From positions 422,344,001 through 422,408,000 of the forward strand of contig OZ024740.1 in the NCBI GenBank assembly GCA_964016885.1: a stretch of DNA of 64,000 nt. The letters are read 5' to 3'. Numbering within the stretch: the first letter of the stretch is position 1; each line of letters starts with the position of its first letter. Origin of the DNA: Eledone cirrhosa (taxonomy: Eukaryota). Positions 1-15,000 of this stretch are shown here, piece by piece. Under the pieces are notes generated by a model. That model made no database searches. It was not told the DNA's origin and saw only the letters and a list, made by a program, of their open reading frames with translations. The position numbers and the translations under genes are program-made.

Positions 1-3000
1 CTCCACTGTGGACTTTAGCAGACTGTCTTGGATTCCTCTGAGTCTCTAACAAATATTGTCCACCATTCTCTCCACTGTGGACTTTAGCAGACTGTCTTGG
101 ACTCCTCTGAGTCTCTAACATATATTGTCCACCATTCTCTCCACTGTGGACTTTAGCAGACTGTCTTGGACTCCTCTGAGTCTGTAACAAATATTGTCCA
201 CCATTCTCTCCACTGTGGACTTTAGCAGACTATCTTGGACTCCTCTGAGTCTCTAACAAATATTGTCCACCATTCTCTCCACTGTGGACTTTAGCAGACT
301 GTCTTGGATTCCTCTGAGTCTCTTATAAATATTGTCTACCATTCTCTCCGCTGTAGATTTTAGCAGACTGTCTTGGACTCCTCTGAGTCTCTAACAAATA
401 TTGTCCACCATTCTCTCCACTGTGGACTTTAGCAGACTGTCTTGGACTCCTCTGAGTCTCTAACATATATTGTCCACCATTCTCTCCACTGTGGACTTTA
501 GCAGACTGTCTTGGACTCCTCTGAGTCTCTAACATATATTGTCCACCATTCTCTCCACTGTGGACTTTAGCAGACTGTCTTGGACTCCTCTGAGTCTGTA
601 ACAAATATTGTCCACCATTCTCTCCACTGTGGACTTTAGCAGACTATCTTGGACTCCTCTGAGTCTCTAACAAATATTGTCCACCATTCTCTCCACTGTG
701 GACTTTAGCAGACTGTCTTGGATTCCTCTGAGTCTCTAACAAATATTGTCTACCATTCTCTCCGCTGTAGATTTTAGCAGACTGTCTTGGATTCCTCTGA
801 GTCTCTAACAAATATTGTCCACCATTCTCTCCACTGTGGACTTTAGCAGACTGTCTTGGACTCCTCTGAGTCTCTAATAAATATTGTCCACCATTCTCTC
901 CACTGTGGACTTTAGTAGACTGTCTTGGATTCCTCTGAGTCTCTAACAAATATTGTCCACCATTCTCTCCACTGTGGACTTTAGCAGACTGTCTTGGATT
1001 CCTCTGAGTCTCTAACATATATTGTCCACCATTCTCTCCACTGTGGACTTTAGCAGACAGTCTTGGACTCCTCTGAGTCTCTAACAAATATTGTCCACCA
1101 TTCACTCCACTGTGGACTTTAGCAGACTATCTTGGACTCCTCTGAGTCTCTAACAAATATTGTCCACCATTCTCTCCACTGTGGACTTTAGCAGACTGTC
1201 TTGGACTTCTCTGAGTCTCTAACAAATATTGTCCACCATTCTCTCCACTGTGGACTTTAGCAGACTGTCTTGGACTCTTCTGAGTCTCTAACAAATATTG
1301 TCTACCATTCTCTCCACTGTGGACTTTAGCAGACTATCTTGGACTTCTCTGAGTCTCTAACAAATATTGTCCACCATTCTCTCCACTGTGGACTTTAGTA
1401 GACTGTCTTGGACTTCTCTGAGTCTCTAACAAATATTGTCTACCATTCTCTCCACTGTGGACTTTAGCAGACTGTCTTGGACTTCTCTGAGTCTCTAACA
1501 AATATTGTCTACCATTCTCTCCACTGTGGACTTTAGCAGACTGTCTTGGATTCCTCTGAGTCTCTAACAAATATTGTCTACCATTCTCTCCACTGTAGAT
1601 TTTAGCAGACTGTCTTGGACTCCTCTGAGTCTCTAACAAATATTGTCTACCATTCTCTCCACTGTGGACTTTAGCAGACTGTCTTGGACTCCTCTGAGTC
1701 TCTAACAAATATTGTCCACCATTCTCTCCACTGTGGACTTTAGCAGACTGTCTTGGACTTCTCTGAGTCTCTAACATATATTGTCCACCATTCTCTCCAC
1801 TGTGGACTTTAGCAGACTGTCTTGGACTTCTCTGAGTCTCTAACAAATATTGTCTACCATTCTCTCCACTGTGGACTTTAGCAGACTGTCTTGGATTCCT
1901 CTGAGTCTCTAACAAATATTGTCCACCATTCTCTCCACTGTAGATTTTAGCAGACTGTCTTGGACTCCTCTGAGTCTCTAACAAATATTGTCCACCATTC
2001 TCTCCACTGTGGACTTTAGCAGACTGTCTTGGATTCCTCTGAGTCTCTAACAAATATTGTCCACCATTCTGTTCACTGTGGACTTTAGCAGACTGTCTTG
2101 GATTCCTCTGAGTCTCTAACAAATATTGTCCACCATTCTCTCCACTTTGGACTCTAGCAGACTGTCTTGGACTTCTCTGAGTCTCTAACAAATATTGTCC
2201 ACCATTCTCTCCACTGTAGACTTTAGCAGACTGTCTTGGATTCCTCTGAGTCTCTAACAAATATTGTCTATCATTCTCTCCACTGTAGACTTTAGCAGAC
2301 TGTATTGGACTCCTCTGAGTCTCTAACAAATATTGTCCACCATTCTCTCCACTGTGGACTTTAGCAGACTGTCTTGGATTCCTCTGAGTCTCTAACAAAT
2401 ATTGTCCACCATTCTCTCCACTGTGGACTTTAGCAGACTGTCTTGGACTCCTCTGAGTCTCTAACATATATTGTCCACCATTCTCTCCACTGTGGACTTT
2501 AGCAGACTGTCTTGGACTCCTCTGAGTCTGTAACAAATATTGTCCACCATTCTCTCCACTGTGGACTTTAGCAGACTATCTTGGACTCCTCTGAGTCTCT
2601 AACAAATATTGTCCACCATTCTCTCCACTGTGGACTTTAGCAGACTGTCTTGGATTCCTCTGAGTCTCTTATAAATATTGTCTACCATTCTCTCCGCTGT
2701 AGATTTTAGCAGACTGTCTTGGATTCCTCTGAGTCTCTAACAAATATTGTCCACCATTCTCTCCACTGTGGACTTTAGCAGACTGTCTTGGACTTCTCTG
2801 AGTCTCTAACAATATTGTCCACCATTCTCTCCACTGTGGACTTTAGCAGACTGTCTTGAACTTCTCTGAGTCTCTAACAAATATTGTCCACATCCTCTCC
2901 ACTGTGGACTTTAGCAGACTGTCTTGGACTCCTCTGAGTCTCTAACAAATATTGTCTACCATTCTCTCCACTGTGGACTTTAGCAGACTGTCTTGGATTC

Positions 3001-6000
3001 CTCTGAGTCTCTAACAAATAATGTCCACCATTCTCTCCACTGTGGAGTTTAGCAGACTGTCTTGGACTCCTCTGAGTCTCTAACATATATTGTCCACCAT
3101 TCTCTCAACTGTGGAATTTAGCAGACTGTCTTGGATTCCTCTGAGTCTCTAACAAATATTGTCTACCATTCTCTCCACTGTAGACTTTAGCAGATTGTCT
3201 TGGACTTCTCTGAGTCTCTAACAAATATTGTCCACCATTCTCTCCACTGTAGACTTTAGTAGACTGTCTTGGATTCCTCTGAGTCTCTAACATATATTGT
3301 CTACCATTCTCTCCAATGTAGACTTTAGCAGACTGTTTTGGACTCCTCTGAGTCTCTAACAAATATCGTCTACCATTCTCTCCACTGTAGATTTTAGCAG
3401 ACTGTCTTGGACTCCTTTGAGTCTCTAACAAATATTGTCTACCATTCTCTCCACTGTGGACTTTAGCAGACTGTCTTGGACTCCTCTGAGTCTCTAACAT
3501 ATATTGTCCACCATTCTCTCCACTGTGGACTTTAGCAGACTGTCTTGGACTTCTCTGAGTCTCTAACAAATATTGTCTACCATTCTCTCCACTGTGGACT
3601 TTAGCAGACTGTCTTGGACTCCTCTGAGTCTCTAACAAATATTGTCCACCATTCTCTCCACTGTGGACTTTAGCAGACTGTCTTGGACTTCTCTGAGTCT
3701 CTAACATATATTGTCCACCATTCTCTCCACTGTGGACTTTAGCAGACTGTCTTGGATTCCTCTCTGTCTCTATCAAATATTGTCCACCATTCTCTCCACT
3801 GTAGATTTTAGCAGACTGTCTTGGACTCCTCTGAGTCTCTAACAAATATTGTCCACCATTCTCTCCACTGTGGACTTTAGCAGACTGTCTTGGATTCCTC
3901 TGAGTCTCTAACAAATATTGTCCACCATTCTGTTCACTGTGGACTTTAGCAGACTGTCTTGGATTCCTCTGAGTCTCTAACAAATATTGTCCACCATTCT
4001 CTCCACTTTGGACTCTAGCAGACTGTCTTGGACTTCTCTGAGTCTCTAACAAATATTGTCCACCATTCTCTCCACTGTAGACTTTAGCAGACTGTCTTGG
4101 ATTCCTCTGAGTCTCTAACAAATATTGTCTATCATTCTCTCCACTGTAGACTTTAGCAGACTGTATTGGACTCCTCTGAGTCTCTAACAAATATTGTCCA
4201 CCATTCTCTCCACTGTGGACTTTAGCAGACTGTCTTGGATTCCTCTGAGTCTCTAACAAATATTGTCCACCATTCTCTCCACTGTGGACTTTAGCAGACT
4301 GTCTTGGACTCCTCTGAGTCTCTAACATATATTGTCCACCATTCTCTCCACTGTGGACTTTAGCAGACTGTCTTGGACTCCTCTGAGTCTGTAACAAATA
4401 TTGTCCACCATTCTCTCCACTGTGGACTTTAGCAGACTATCTTGGACTCCTCTGAGTCTCTAACAAATATTGTCCACCATTCTCTCCACTGTGGACTTTA
4501 GCAGACTGTCTTGGATTCCTCTGAGTCTCTAACAAATATTGTCTACCATTCTCTCCGCTGTAGATTTTAGCAGACTGTCTTGGATTCCTCTGAGTCTCTA
4601 ACAAATATTGTCCACCATTCTCTCCACTGTGGACTTTAGCAGACTGTCTTGGACTTCTCTGAGTCTCTAACAAATATTGTCCACCATTCTCTCCACTGTG
4701 GACTTTAGCAGACTGTCTTGAACTTCTCTGAGTCTCTAACAAATATTGTCCACATTCTCTCCACTGTGGACTTTAGCAGACTGTCTTGGACTCCTCTGAG
4801 TCTCTAACATATATTGTCCACCATTCTCTCCACTGTAGACTTTAGCAGACTGTATTGGACTCCTCTGAGTCTCTAACAAATATTGTCCACCATTCTCTCC
4901 ACTGTGGACTTTAGCAGACTGTCTTGGATTCCTCTGAATCTCTAACAAATATTGTCCACCATTCTCTCCACTGTGGACTTTAGCAGACTGTCTTGGACTC
5001 CTCTGAGTCTCTAACATATATTGTCCACCATTCTCTCCACTGTGGACTTTAGCAGACTGTCTTGGACTCCTCTGAGTCTGTAACAAATATTGTCCACCAT
5101 TCTCTCCACTGTGGATATTAGCAGACTGTCTTGGATTCCTCTGAGACTCTAAAAAATATTGCCCACCATTCTGTCCACTGTGGACTTTAGCAGACTGTCT
5201 TGGATTCCTCTGAGTCTCTAACAAATATTGTCCACCATACTCTCCACTGTGGACTTTAGTAGACTGTCTTGGATTCCTCTGAGTCTCTAACAAATATTGT
5301 CCACCATTCTCTCCACTGTGGACTTTAGCAGACTGTCTTGGATTCCTCTGAGTCTCTAACATATATTTTCCACCATTCTCTCCACTGTGGACTTTAGCAG
5401 ACTGTCTTGGACTCCTCTGAGTCTCTAACAAATATTGTCCACCATTCTCTCCACTGTGGACTTTAGCAGACTATCTTGGACTCCTCTGAGTCTCTAACAA
5501 ATATTGTCCACCATTCTCTCCACTGTGGACTTTAGCAGACTGTCTTGGACTCCTCTGAGTCCCTAACAAATATTGTCCACCATTCTCTCCACTGTGGACT
5601 TTAGCAGACTGTCTTGGATTCCTCTGAGTCTCTAACAAATATTGTCTACCATTCTCTCCGCTGTAGATTTTAGCAGACTGTCTTGGATTCCTCTGAGTCT
5701 CTTATAAATATTGTCTACCATTCTCTCCGCTGTAGATTTTAGCAGACTGTCTTGGATTCCTCTGAGTCTCTAACAAATATTGTCCACCATTCTCTCCACT
5801 GTGGACTTTAGCAGACTGTCTTGGACTTCTCTGAGTCTCTAACAAATATTGTCCACCATTCTCTCCACTGTGGACTTTAGCAGACTGTCTTGAACTTCTC
5901 TGAGTCTCTAACAAATATTGTCCACATTCTCTCCACTGTGGACTTTAGCAGACTGTCTTGGATTCCTCTGAGTCTCTAACAAATAATGTCCACCATTCTC

Positions 6001-9000
6001 TCCACTGTGGAGTTTAGCAGACTGTCTTGGACTCCTCTGAGTCTCTAACATATATTGTCCACCATTCTCTCAACTGTGGAATTTAGCAGACTGTCTTGGA
6101 TTCCTCTGAGTCTCTAACAAATATTGTCTACCATTCTCTACACTGTAGACTTTAGCAGATTGTCTTGGACTTCTCTGAGTCTCTAACAAATATTGTCCAC
6201 CATTCTCTGCACTGTGGATTTTAGCAGACTGTCTTGGACTTCTCTGAGTCTCTAACAAATATTGTCCACCATTCTCTCCAATGTAGACTTTAGCAGACTG
6301 TTTTGGACTCCTCTGAGTCTCTAACAAATATTGTCTACCATTCTCTCCACTGTAGATTTTAGCAGACTGTCTTGGACTCCTCTGAGTCTCTAACATATAT
6401 TGTCTACCATTCTCTCCAATGTAGACTTTAGCAGACTGTTTTGGACTCCTCTGAGTCTCTAACAAATATTGTCCACCATTCTCTCCACTGTGGACATTAG
6501 CAGACTGTCTTGGATTCCTCTGAGACTCTAAAAAATATTGCCCACCATTCTGTCCACTGTGGACTTTAGCAGACTGTCTTGGATTCCTCTGAGTCTCTAA
6601 CAAATATTGTCTACCATTCTCTCCACTGTGGACTTTAGCAGACTGTCTTGGATTCCTCTGAGTCTCTAACAAATATTGTCCACCATTCTCTCCACTGTGG
6701 ACTTTAGCAGACTGTCTTGGACTTCTCTGAGTCTCTAACAAATATTGTCCACCATTCTCTCCACTGTGGACTTTAGCAGACTGTCTTGGACTCTTCTGAG
6801 TCTCTAACAAATATTGTCTACCATTCTCTCCACTGTGGACTTTAGCAGACTATCTTGGACTTCTCTGAGTCTCTAACAAATATTGTCCACCATTCTCTCC
6901 ACTGTGGACTTTAGTAGACTGTCTTGGACTTCTCTGAGTCTCTAACAAATATTGTCTACCATTCTCTCCACTGTGGACTTTAGCAGACTGTCTTGGATTC
7001 CTCTGAGTCTCTAACAAATATTGTCTACCATTCTCTCCACTGTGGACTTTAGCAGACTGTCTTGGACTTCTCTGAGTCTCTAACAAATATTGTCCACCAT
7101 TCTCTCCACTGTGGACTTTAGTAGACTGTCTTGGACTTCTCTGAGTCTCTAACAAATATTGTCTACCATTCTCTCCACTGTGGACTTTAGCAGACTGTCT
7201 TGGACTCCTCTGAGTCTCTAACATATATTGTCCACCATTCTCTCCACTGTGGACTTTAGCAGACTGTCTTGGACTTCTCTGAGTCTCTAACAAATATTGT
7301 CTACCATTCTCTCCACTGTGGACTTTAGCAGACTGTCTTGGACTCCTCTGAGTCTCTAACAAATATTGTCCACCATTCTCTCCACTGTGGACTTTAGCAG
7401 ACTGTCTTGGACTTCTCTGAGTCTCTAACATATATTGTCCACCATTCTCTCCACTGTGGACTTTAGCAGACTGTCTTGGACTTCTCTGAGTCTCTAACAA
7501 ATATTGTCTACCATTCTCTCCACTGTGGACTTTAGCAGACTGTCTTGGATTCCTCTGAGTCTCTAACAAATCTTGTCTACCATTCTCTCCACTGTAGATT
7601 TTAGCAGACTGTCTTGGACTCCTCTGAGTCTCTAACAAATATTGTCCACCATTCTCTCCACTGTGGACTTTAGCAGACTGTCTTGGATTCCTCTGAGTCT
7701 GTAACAAATATTGTCCACCATTCTGTTCACTGTGGACTTTAGCAGACTGTCTTGGATTCCTCTGAGTCTCTAACAAATATTGTCCACCATTCTCTCCACT
7801 TTGGACTCTAGCAGACTGTCTTGGACTTCTCTGAGTCTCTAACAAATATTGTCTATCATTCTCTCCACTGTAGACTTTAGCAGACTGTATTGGACTCCTC
7901 TGAGTCTCTAACAAATATTGTCCACCATTCTCTCCACTGTGGACTTTAGCAGACTGTCTTGGATTCCTCTGAGTCTCTAACAAATATTGTCCACCATTCT
8001 CTCCACTGTGGACTTTAGCAGACTGTCTTGGACTCCTCTGAGTCTCTAACATATATTGTCCACCATACTCTCCACTGTGGACTTTAGCAGACTGTCTTGG
8101 ACTCTTCTGAGTCTCTAACAAATATTGTCTACCATTCTCTCCACTGTGGACTTTAGCAGACTGTCTTGGACTCCTCTGAGTCTCTAACATATATTGTCCA
8201 CCATTCTCTCCACTGTGGACTTTAGCAGACTGTCTTGGACTCCTCTGAGTCTGTAACAAATATTGTCCACCATTCTCTCCACTGTGGATATTAGCAGACT
8301 GTCTTGGATTCCTCTGAGACTCTAAAAAATATTGCCCACCATTCTGTCCACTGTGGACTTTAGCAGACTGTCTTGGATTCCTCTGAGTCTCTAACAAATA
8401 TTGTCCACCATACTCTCCACTGTGGACTTTAGCAGACTGTCTTGGACTCTTCTGAGTCTCTAACAAATATTGTCTACCATTCTCTCCACTGTGGACTTTA
8501 GCAGACTGTCTTGGACTCCTCTGAGTCTCTAACAAATATTGTCCACCATTCTCTCCACTGTGGACTTTAGTAGACTGTCTTGGATTCCTCTGAGTCTCTA
8601 ACAAATATTGTCCACCATTCTCTCCACTGTGGACTTTAGCAGACTGTCTTGGATTCCTCTGAGTCTCTAACATATATTGTCCACCATTCTCTCCACTGTG
8701 GACTTTAGCAGACTGTCTTGGACTCCTCTGAGTCTCTAACAAATATTGTCCACCATTCTCTCCACTGTGGACTTTAGCAGACTATCTTGGACTCCTCTGA
8801 GTCTCTAACAAATATTGTCCACCATTCTCTCCACTGTGGACTTTAGCAGACTGTCTTGGACTCCTCTGAGTCCCTAACAAATATTGTCCACCATTCTCTC
8901 CACTGTGGACTTTAGCAGACTGTCTTGGATTCCTCTGAGTCTCTAACAAATATTGTCTACCATTCTCTCCGCTGTAGATTTTAGCAGACTGTCTTGGATT

Positions 9001-12000
9001 CCTCTGAGTCTCTTATAAATATTGTCTACCATTCTCTCCGCTGTAGATTTTAGCAGACTGTCTTGGATTCCTCTGAGTCTCTAACAAATATTGTCCACCA
9101 TTCTCTCCACTGTGGACTTTAGCAGACTGTCTTGGACTCCTCTGAGTCTCTAACATATATTGTCCACCATTCTCTCCACTGTGGACTTTAGCAGACTGTC
9201 TTGGACTTCTCTGAGTCTCTAACAAATATTGTCTACCATTCTCTCCACTGTGGACTTTAGCAGACTGTCTTGGACTCCTCTGAGTCTCTAACAAATATTG
9301 TCCACCATTCTCTCCACTGTGGACTTTAGCAGACTGTCTTGGACTTCTCTGAGTCTCTAACATATATTGTCCACCATTCTCTCCACTGTGGACTTTAGCA
9401 GACTGTCTTGGACTTCTCTGAGTCTCTAACAAATATTGTCTACCATTCTCTCCACTGTGGACTTTTGCAGACTGTTTTGGACTCCTCTGAGTCTCTAACA
9501 AATATTGTCCACCATTCTCTCCACTGTGGACATTAGCAGACTGTCTTGGATTCCTCTGAGACTCTAAAAAATATTGCCCACCATTCTGTCCACTGTGGAC
9601 TTTAGCAGACTGTCTTGGATTCCTCTGAGTCTCTAACAAATATTGTCTACCATTCTCTCCACTGTGGACTTTAGCAGACTGTCTTGGATTCCTCTGAGTC
9701 TCTAACAAATATTGTCCACCATTCTCTCCACTGTGGACTTTAGCAGACTGTCTTGGACTTCTCTGAGTCTCTAACAAATATTGTCCACCATTCTCTCCAC
9801 TGTGGACTTTAGCAGACTGTCTTGGACTCTTCTGAGTCTCTAACAAATATTGTCTACCATTCTCTCCACTGTGGACTTTAGCAGACTATCTTGGACTTCT
9901 CTGAGTCTCTAACAAATATTGTCCACCATTCTCTCCACTGTGGACTTTAGTAGACTGTCTTGGACTTCTCTGAGTCTCTAACAAATATTGTCTACCATTC
10001 TCTCCACTGTGGACTTTAGCAGACTGTCTTGGATTCCTCTGAGTCTCTAACAAATATTGTCTACCATTCTCTCCACTGTGGACTTTAGCAGATTGTCTTG
10101 GACTTCTCTGAGTCTCTAACAAATATTGTCCACCATTCTCTCCACTGTGGACTTTAGTAGACTGTCTTGGACTTCTCTGAGTCTCTAACAAATATTGCTA
10201 CCATTCTCTCCACTGTGGACTTTAGCAGACTGTCTTGGACTCCTCTGAGTCTCTAACATATATTGTCCACCATTCTCTCCACTGTGGACTTTAGCAGACT
10301 GTCTTGGACTTCTCTGAGTCTCTAACAAATATTGTCTACCATTCTCTCCACTGTGGACTTTAGCAGACTGTCTTGGACTCCTCTGAGTCTCTAACAAATA
10401 TTGTCCACCATTCTCTCCACTGTGGACTTTAGCAGACTATCTTGGACTTCTCTGAGTCTCTAACATATATTGTCCACCATTCTCTCCACTGTGGACTTTA
10501 GCAGACTGTCTTGGACTTCTCTGAGTCTCTAACAAATATTGTCTACCATTCTCTCCACTGTGGACTTTAGCAGACTGTCTTGGATTCCTCCGAGTCTCTA
10601 ACAAATATTGTCTACCATTCTCTCCACTGTAGATTTTAGCAGACTGTCTTGGACTCCTCTGAGTCTCTAACAAATATTGTCCACCATTCTCTCCACTGTG
10701 GACTTTAGCAGACTGTCTTGGATTCCTCTGAGTCTGTAACAAATATTGTCCACCATTCTGTTCACTGTGGACTTTAGCAGACTGTCTTGGATTCCTCTGA
10801 GTCTCTAACAAATATTGTCCACCATTCTCTCCACTTTGGACTCTAGCAGACTGTCTTGGACTTCTCTGAGCCTCTAACAAATATTGTCTATCATTCTCTC
10901 CACTGTAGACTTTAGCAGACTGTATTGGACTCCTCTGAGTCTCTAACAAATATTGTCTACCATTCTCTCCACTGTGGACTTTAGCAGACTGTCTTGGATT
11001 CCTCTGAGTCTCTAACAAATATTGTCCACCATTCTCTCCACTGTGGACTTTAGCAGACTGTCTTGGACTCCTCTGAGTCTCTAACATATATTGTCCACCA
11101 TACTCTCCACTGTGGACTTTAGCAGACTGTCTTGGACTCTTCTGAGTCTCTAACAAATATTGTCTACCATTCTCTCCACTGTGGACTTTAGCAGACTGTC
11201 TTGGACTCCTCTGAGTCTCTAACATATATTGTCCACCATTCTCTCCACTGTGGACTTTAGCAGACTGTCTTGGACTCCTCTGAGTCTGTAACAAATATTG
11301 TCCACCATTCTCTCCACTGTGGATATTAGCAGACTGTCTTGGATTCCTCTGAGACTCTAAAAAATATTGCCCACCATTCTGTCCACTGTGGACTTTAGCA
11401 GACTGTCTTGGATTCCTCTGAGTCTCTAACAAATATTGTCCACCATACTCTCCACTGTGGACTTTAGCAGACTGTCTTGGACTCTTCTGAGTCTCTAACA
11501 AATATTGTCTACCATTCTCTCCACTGTGGACTTTAGCAGACTGTCTTGGACTCCTCTGAGTCTCTAACAAATATTGTCCACCATTCTCTCCACTGTGGAC
11601 TTTAGTAGACTGTCTTGGATTCCTCTGAGTCTCTAACAAATATTGTCCACCATTCTCTCCACTGTGGACTTTAGCAGACTGTCTTGGATTCCTCTGAGTC
11701 TCTAACATATATTGTCCACCATTCTCTCCACTGTGGACTTTAGCAGACTGTCTTGGACTCCTCTGAGTCTCTAACAAATATTGTCCACCATTCTCTCCAC
11801 TGTGGACTTTAGCAGACTATCTTGGACTCCTCTGAGTCTCTAACAAATATTGTCCACCATTCTCTCCACTGTGGACTTTAGCAGACTGTCTTGGACTCCT
11901 CTGAGTGCCTAACAAATATTGTCCACCATTCTCTCCACTGTGGACTTTAGCAGACTGTCTTGGATTCCTCTGAGTCTCTAACAAATATTGTCCACCATTC

Positions 12001-15000
12001 TCTCCACTGTGGACTTTAGCAGACTGTCTTGGATTCCTCTGAGTCTCTAACATATATTGTCCACCATTCTCTCCACTGTGGACTTTAGCAGACTGTCTTG
12101 GACTCCTCTGAGTCTCTAACAAATATTGTCCACCATTCTCTCCACTGTGGACTTTAGCAGACTATCTTGGACTCCTCTGAGTCTCTAACAAATATTGTCC
12201 ACCATTCTCTCCACTGTGGACTTTAGCAGACTGTCTTGGACTCCTCTGAGTCCCTAACAAATATTGTCCACCATTCTCTCCACTGTGGACTTTAGCAGAC
12301 TGTCTTGGATTCCTCTGAGTCTCTAACAAATATTGTCTACCATTCTCTCCGCTGTAGATTTTAGCAGACTGTCTTGGATTCCTCTGAGTCTCTTATAAAT
12401 ATTGTCTACCATTCTCTCCGCTGTAGATTTTAGCAGACTGTCTTGGATTCCTCTGAGTCTCTAACAAATATTGTCCACCATTCTCTCCACTGTGGACTTT
12501 AGCAGACTGTCTTGGACTCCTCTGAGTCTCTAACATATATTGTCCACCATTCTCTCCACTGTGGACTTTAGCAGACTGTCTTGGACTTCTCTGAGTCTCT
12601 AACAAATATTGTCTACCATTCTCTCCACTGTGGACTTTAGCAGACTGTCTTGGACTCCTCTGAGTCTCTAACAAATATTGTCCACCATTCTCTCCACTGT
12701 GGACTTTAGCAGACTGTCTTGGACTTCTCTGAGTCTCTAACATATATTGTCCACCATTCTCTCCACTGTGGACTTTAGCAGACTGTCTTGGACTTCTCTG
12801 AGTCTCTAACAAATATTGTCTACCATTCTCTCCACTGTGGACTTTTGCAGACTGTTTTGGACTCCTCTGAGTCTCTAACAAATATTGTCCACCATTCTCT
12901 CCACTGTGGACATTAGCAGACTGTCTTGGATTCCTCTGAGACTCTAAAAAATATTGCCCACCATTCTGTCCACTGTGGACTTTAGCAGACTGTCTTGGAT
13001 TCCTCTGAGTCTCTAACAAATATTGTCTACCATTCTCTCCACTGTGGACTTTAGCAGACTGTCTTGGATTCCTCTGAGTCTCTAACAAATATTGTCCACC
13101 ATTCTCTCCACTGTGGACTTTAGCAGACTGTCTTGGACTTCTCTGAGTCTCTAACAAATATTGTCCACCATTCTCTCCACTGTGGACTTTAGCAGACTGT
13201 CTTGGACTCTTCTGAGTCTCTAACAAATATTGTCTACCATTCTCTCCACTGTGGACTTTAGCAGACTATCTTGGACTTCTCTGAGTCTCTAACAAATATT
13301 GTCCACCATTCTCTCCACTGTGGACTTTAGTAGACTGTCTTGGACTTCTCTGAGTCTCTAACAAATATTGTCTACCATTCTCTCCACTGTGGACTTTAGC
13401 AGACTGTCTTGGATTCCTCTGAGTCTCTAACAAATATTGTCTACCATTCTCTCCACTGTGGACTTTAGCAGACTGTCTTGGACTTCTCTGAGTCTCTAAC
13501 AAATATTGTCCACCATTCTCTCCACTGTGGACTTTAGTAGACTGTCTTGGACTTCTCTGAGTCTCTAACAAATATTGTCTACCATTCTCTCCACTGTGGA
13601 CTTTAGCAGACTGTCTTGGACTCCTCTGAGTCTCTAACATATATTGTCCACCATTCTCTCCACTGTGGACTTTAGCAGACTGTCTTGGACTTCTCTGAGT
13701 CTCTAACAAATATTGTCTACCATTCTCTCCACTGTGGACTTTAGCAGACTGTCTTGGACTCCTCTGAGTCTCTAACAAATATTGTCCACCATTCTCTCCA
13801 CTGTGGACTTTAGCAGACTATCTTGGACTTCTCTGAGTCTCTAACATATATTGTCCACCATTCTCTCCACTGTGGACTTTAGCAGACTGTCTTGGACTTC
13901 TCTGAGTCTCTAACAAATATTGTCTACCATTCTCTCCACTGTGGACTTTAGCAGACTGTCTTGGATTCCTCCGAGTCTCTAACAAATATTGTCTACCATT
14001 CTCTCCACTGTAGATTTTAGCAGACTGTCTTGGACTCCTCTGAGTCTCTAACAAATATTGTCCACCATTCTCTCCACTGTGGACTTTAGCAGACTGTCTT
14101 GGATTCCTCTGAGTCTGTAACAAATATTGTCCACCATTCTGTTCACTGTGGACTTTAGCAGACTGTCTTGGATTCCTCTGAGTCTCTAACAAATATTGTC
14201 CACCATTCTCTCCACTTTGGACTCTAGCAGACTGTCTTGGACTTCTCTGAGCCTCTAACAAATATTGTCTATCATTCTCTCCACTGTAGACTTTAGCAGA
14301 CTGTATTGGACTCCTCTGAGTCTCTAACAAATATTGTCCACCATTCTCTCCACTGTGGACTTTAGCAGACTGTCTTGGATTCCTCTGAGTCTCTAACAAA
14401 TATTGTCCACCATTCTCTCCACTGTGGATTTTAGCAGACTGTCTTGGACTCCTCTGAGTCTCTAACATATATTGTCCACCATACTCTCCACTGTGGACTT
14501 TAGCAGACTGTCTTGGACTCTTCTGAGTCTCTAACAAATATTGTCTACCATTCTCTCCACTGTGGACTTTAGCAGACTGTCTTGGACTCCTCTGAGTCTC
14601 TAACATATATTGTCCACCATTCTCTCCACTGTGGACTTTAGCAGACTGTCTTGGACTCCTCTGAGTCTGTAACAAATATTGTCCACCATTCTCTCCACTG
14701 TGGATATTAGCAGACTGTCTTGGATTCCTCTGAGACTCTAAAAAATATTGCCCACCATTCTGTCCACTGTGGACTTTAGCAGACTGTCTTGGATTCCTCT
14801 GAGTCTCTAACAAATATTGTCCACCATACTCTCCACTGTGGACTTTAGCAGACTGTCTTGGACTCTTCTGAGTCTCTAACAAATATTGTCTACCATTCTC
14901 TCCACTGTGGACTTTAGCAGACTGTCTTGGACTCCTCTGAGTCTCTAACAAATATTGTCCACCATTCTCTCCACTGTGGACTTTAGTAGACTGTCTTGGA

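Noticed and set aside
1-138. Hammerhead ribozyme inside the satellite monomer, as in newt or schistosome satellites
   Set aside because: Neither strand of the consensus contains CUGANGA or GAAA.
1-138. Satellite derived from RTE (alternative frame VERMVD resembles GHVERM) or from the 60.6-kb minisatellite (agtccaca...gtgg)
   Set aside because: Similarity is limited to 4 residues or about 8-10 nt, which is within chance.
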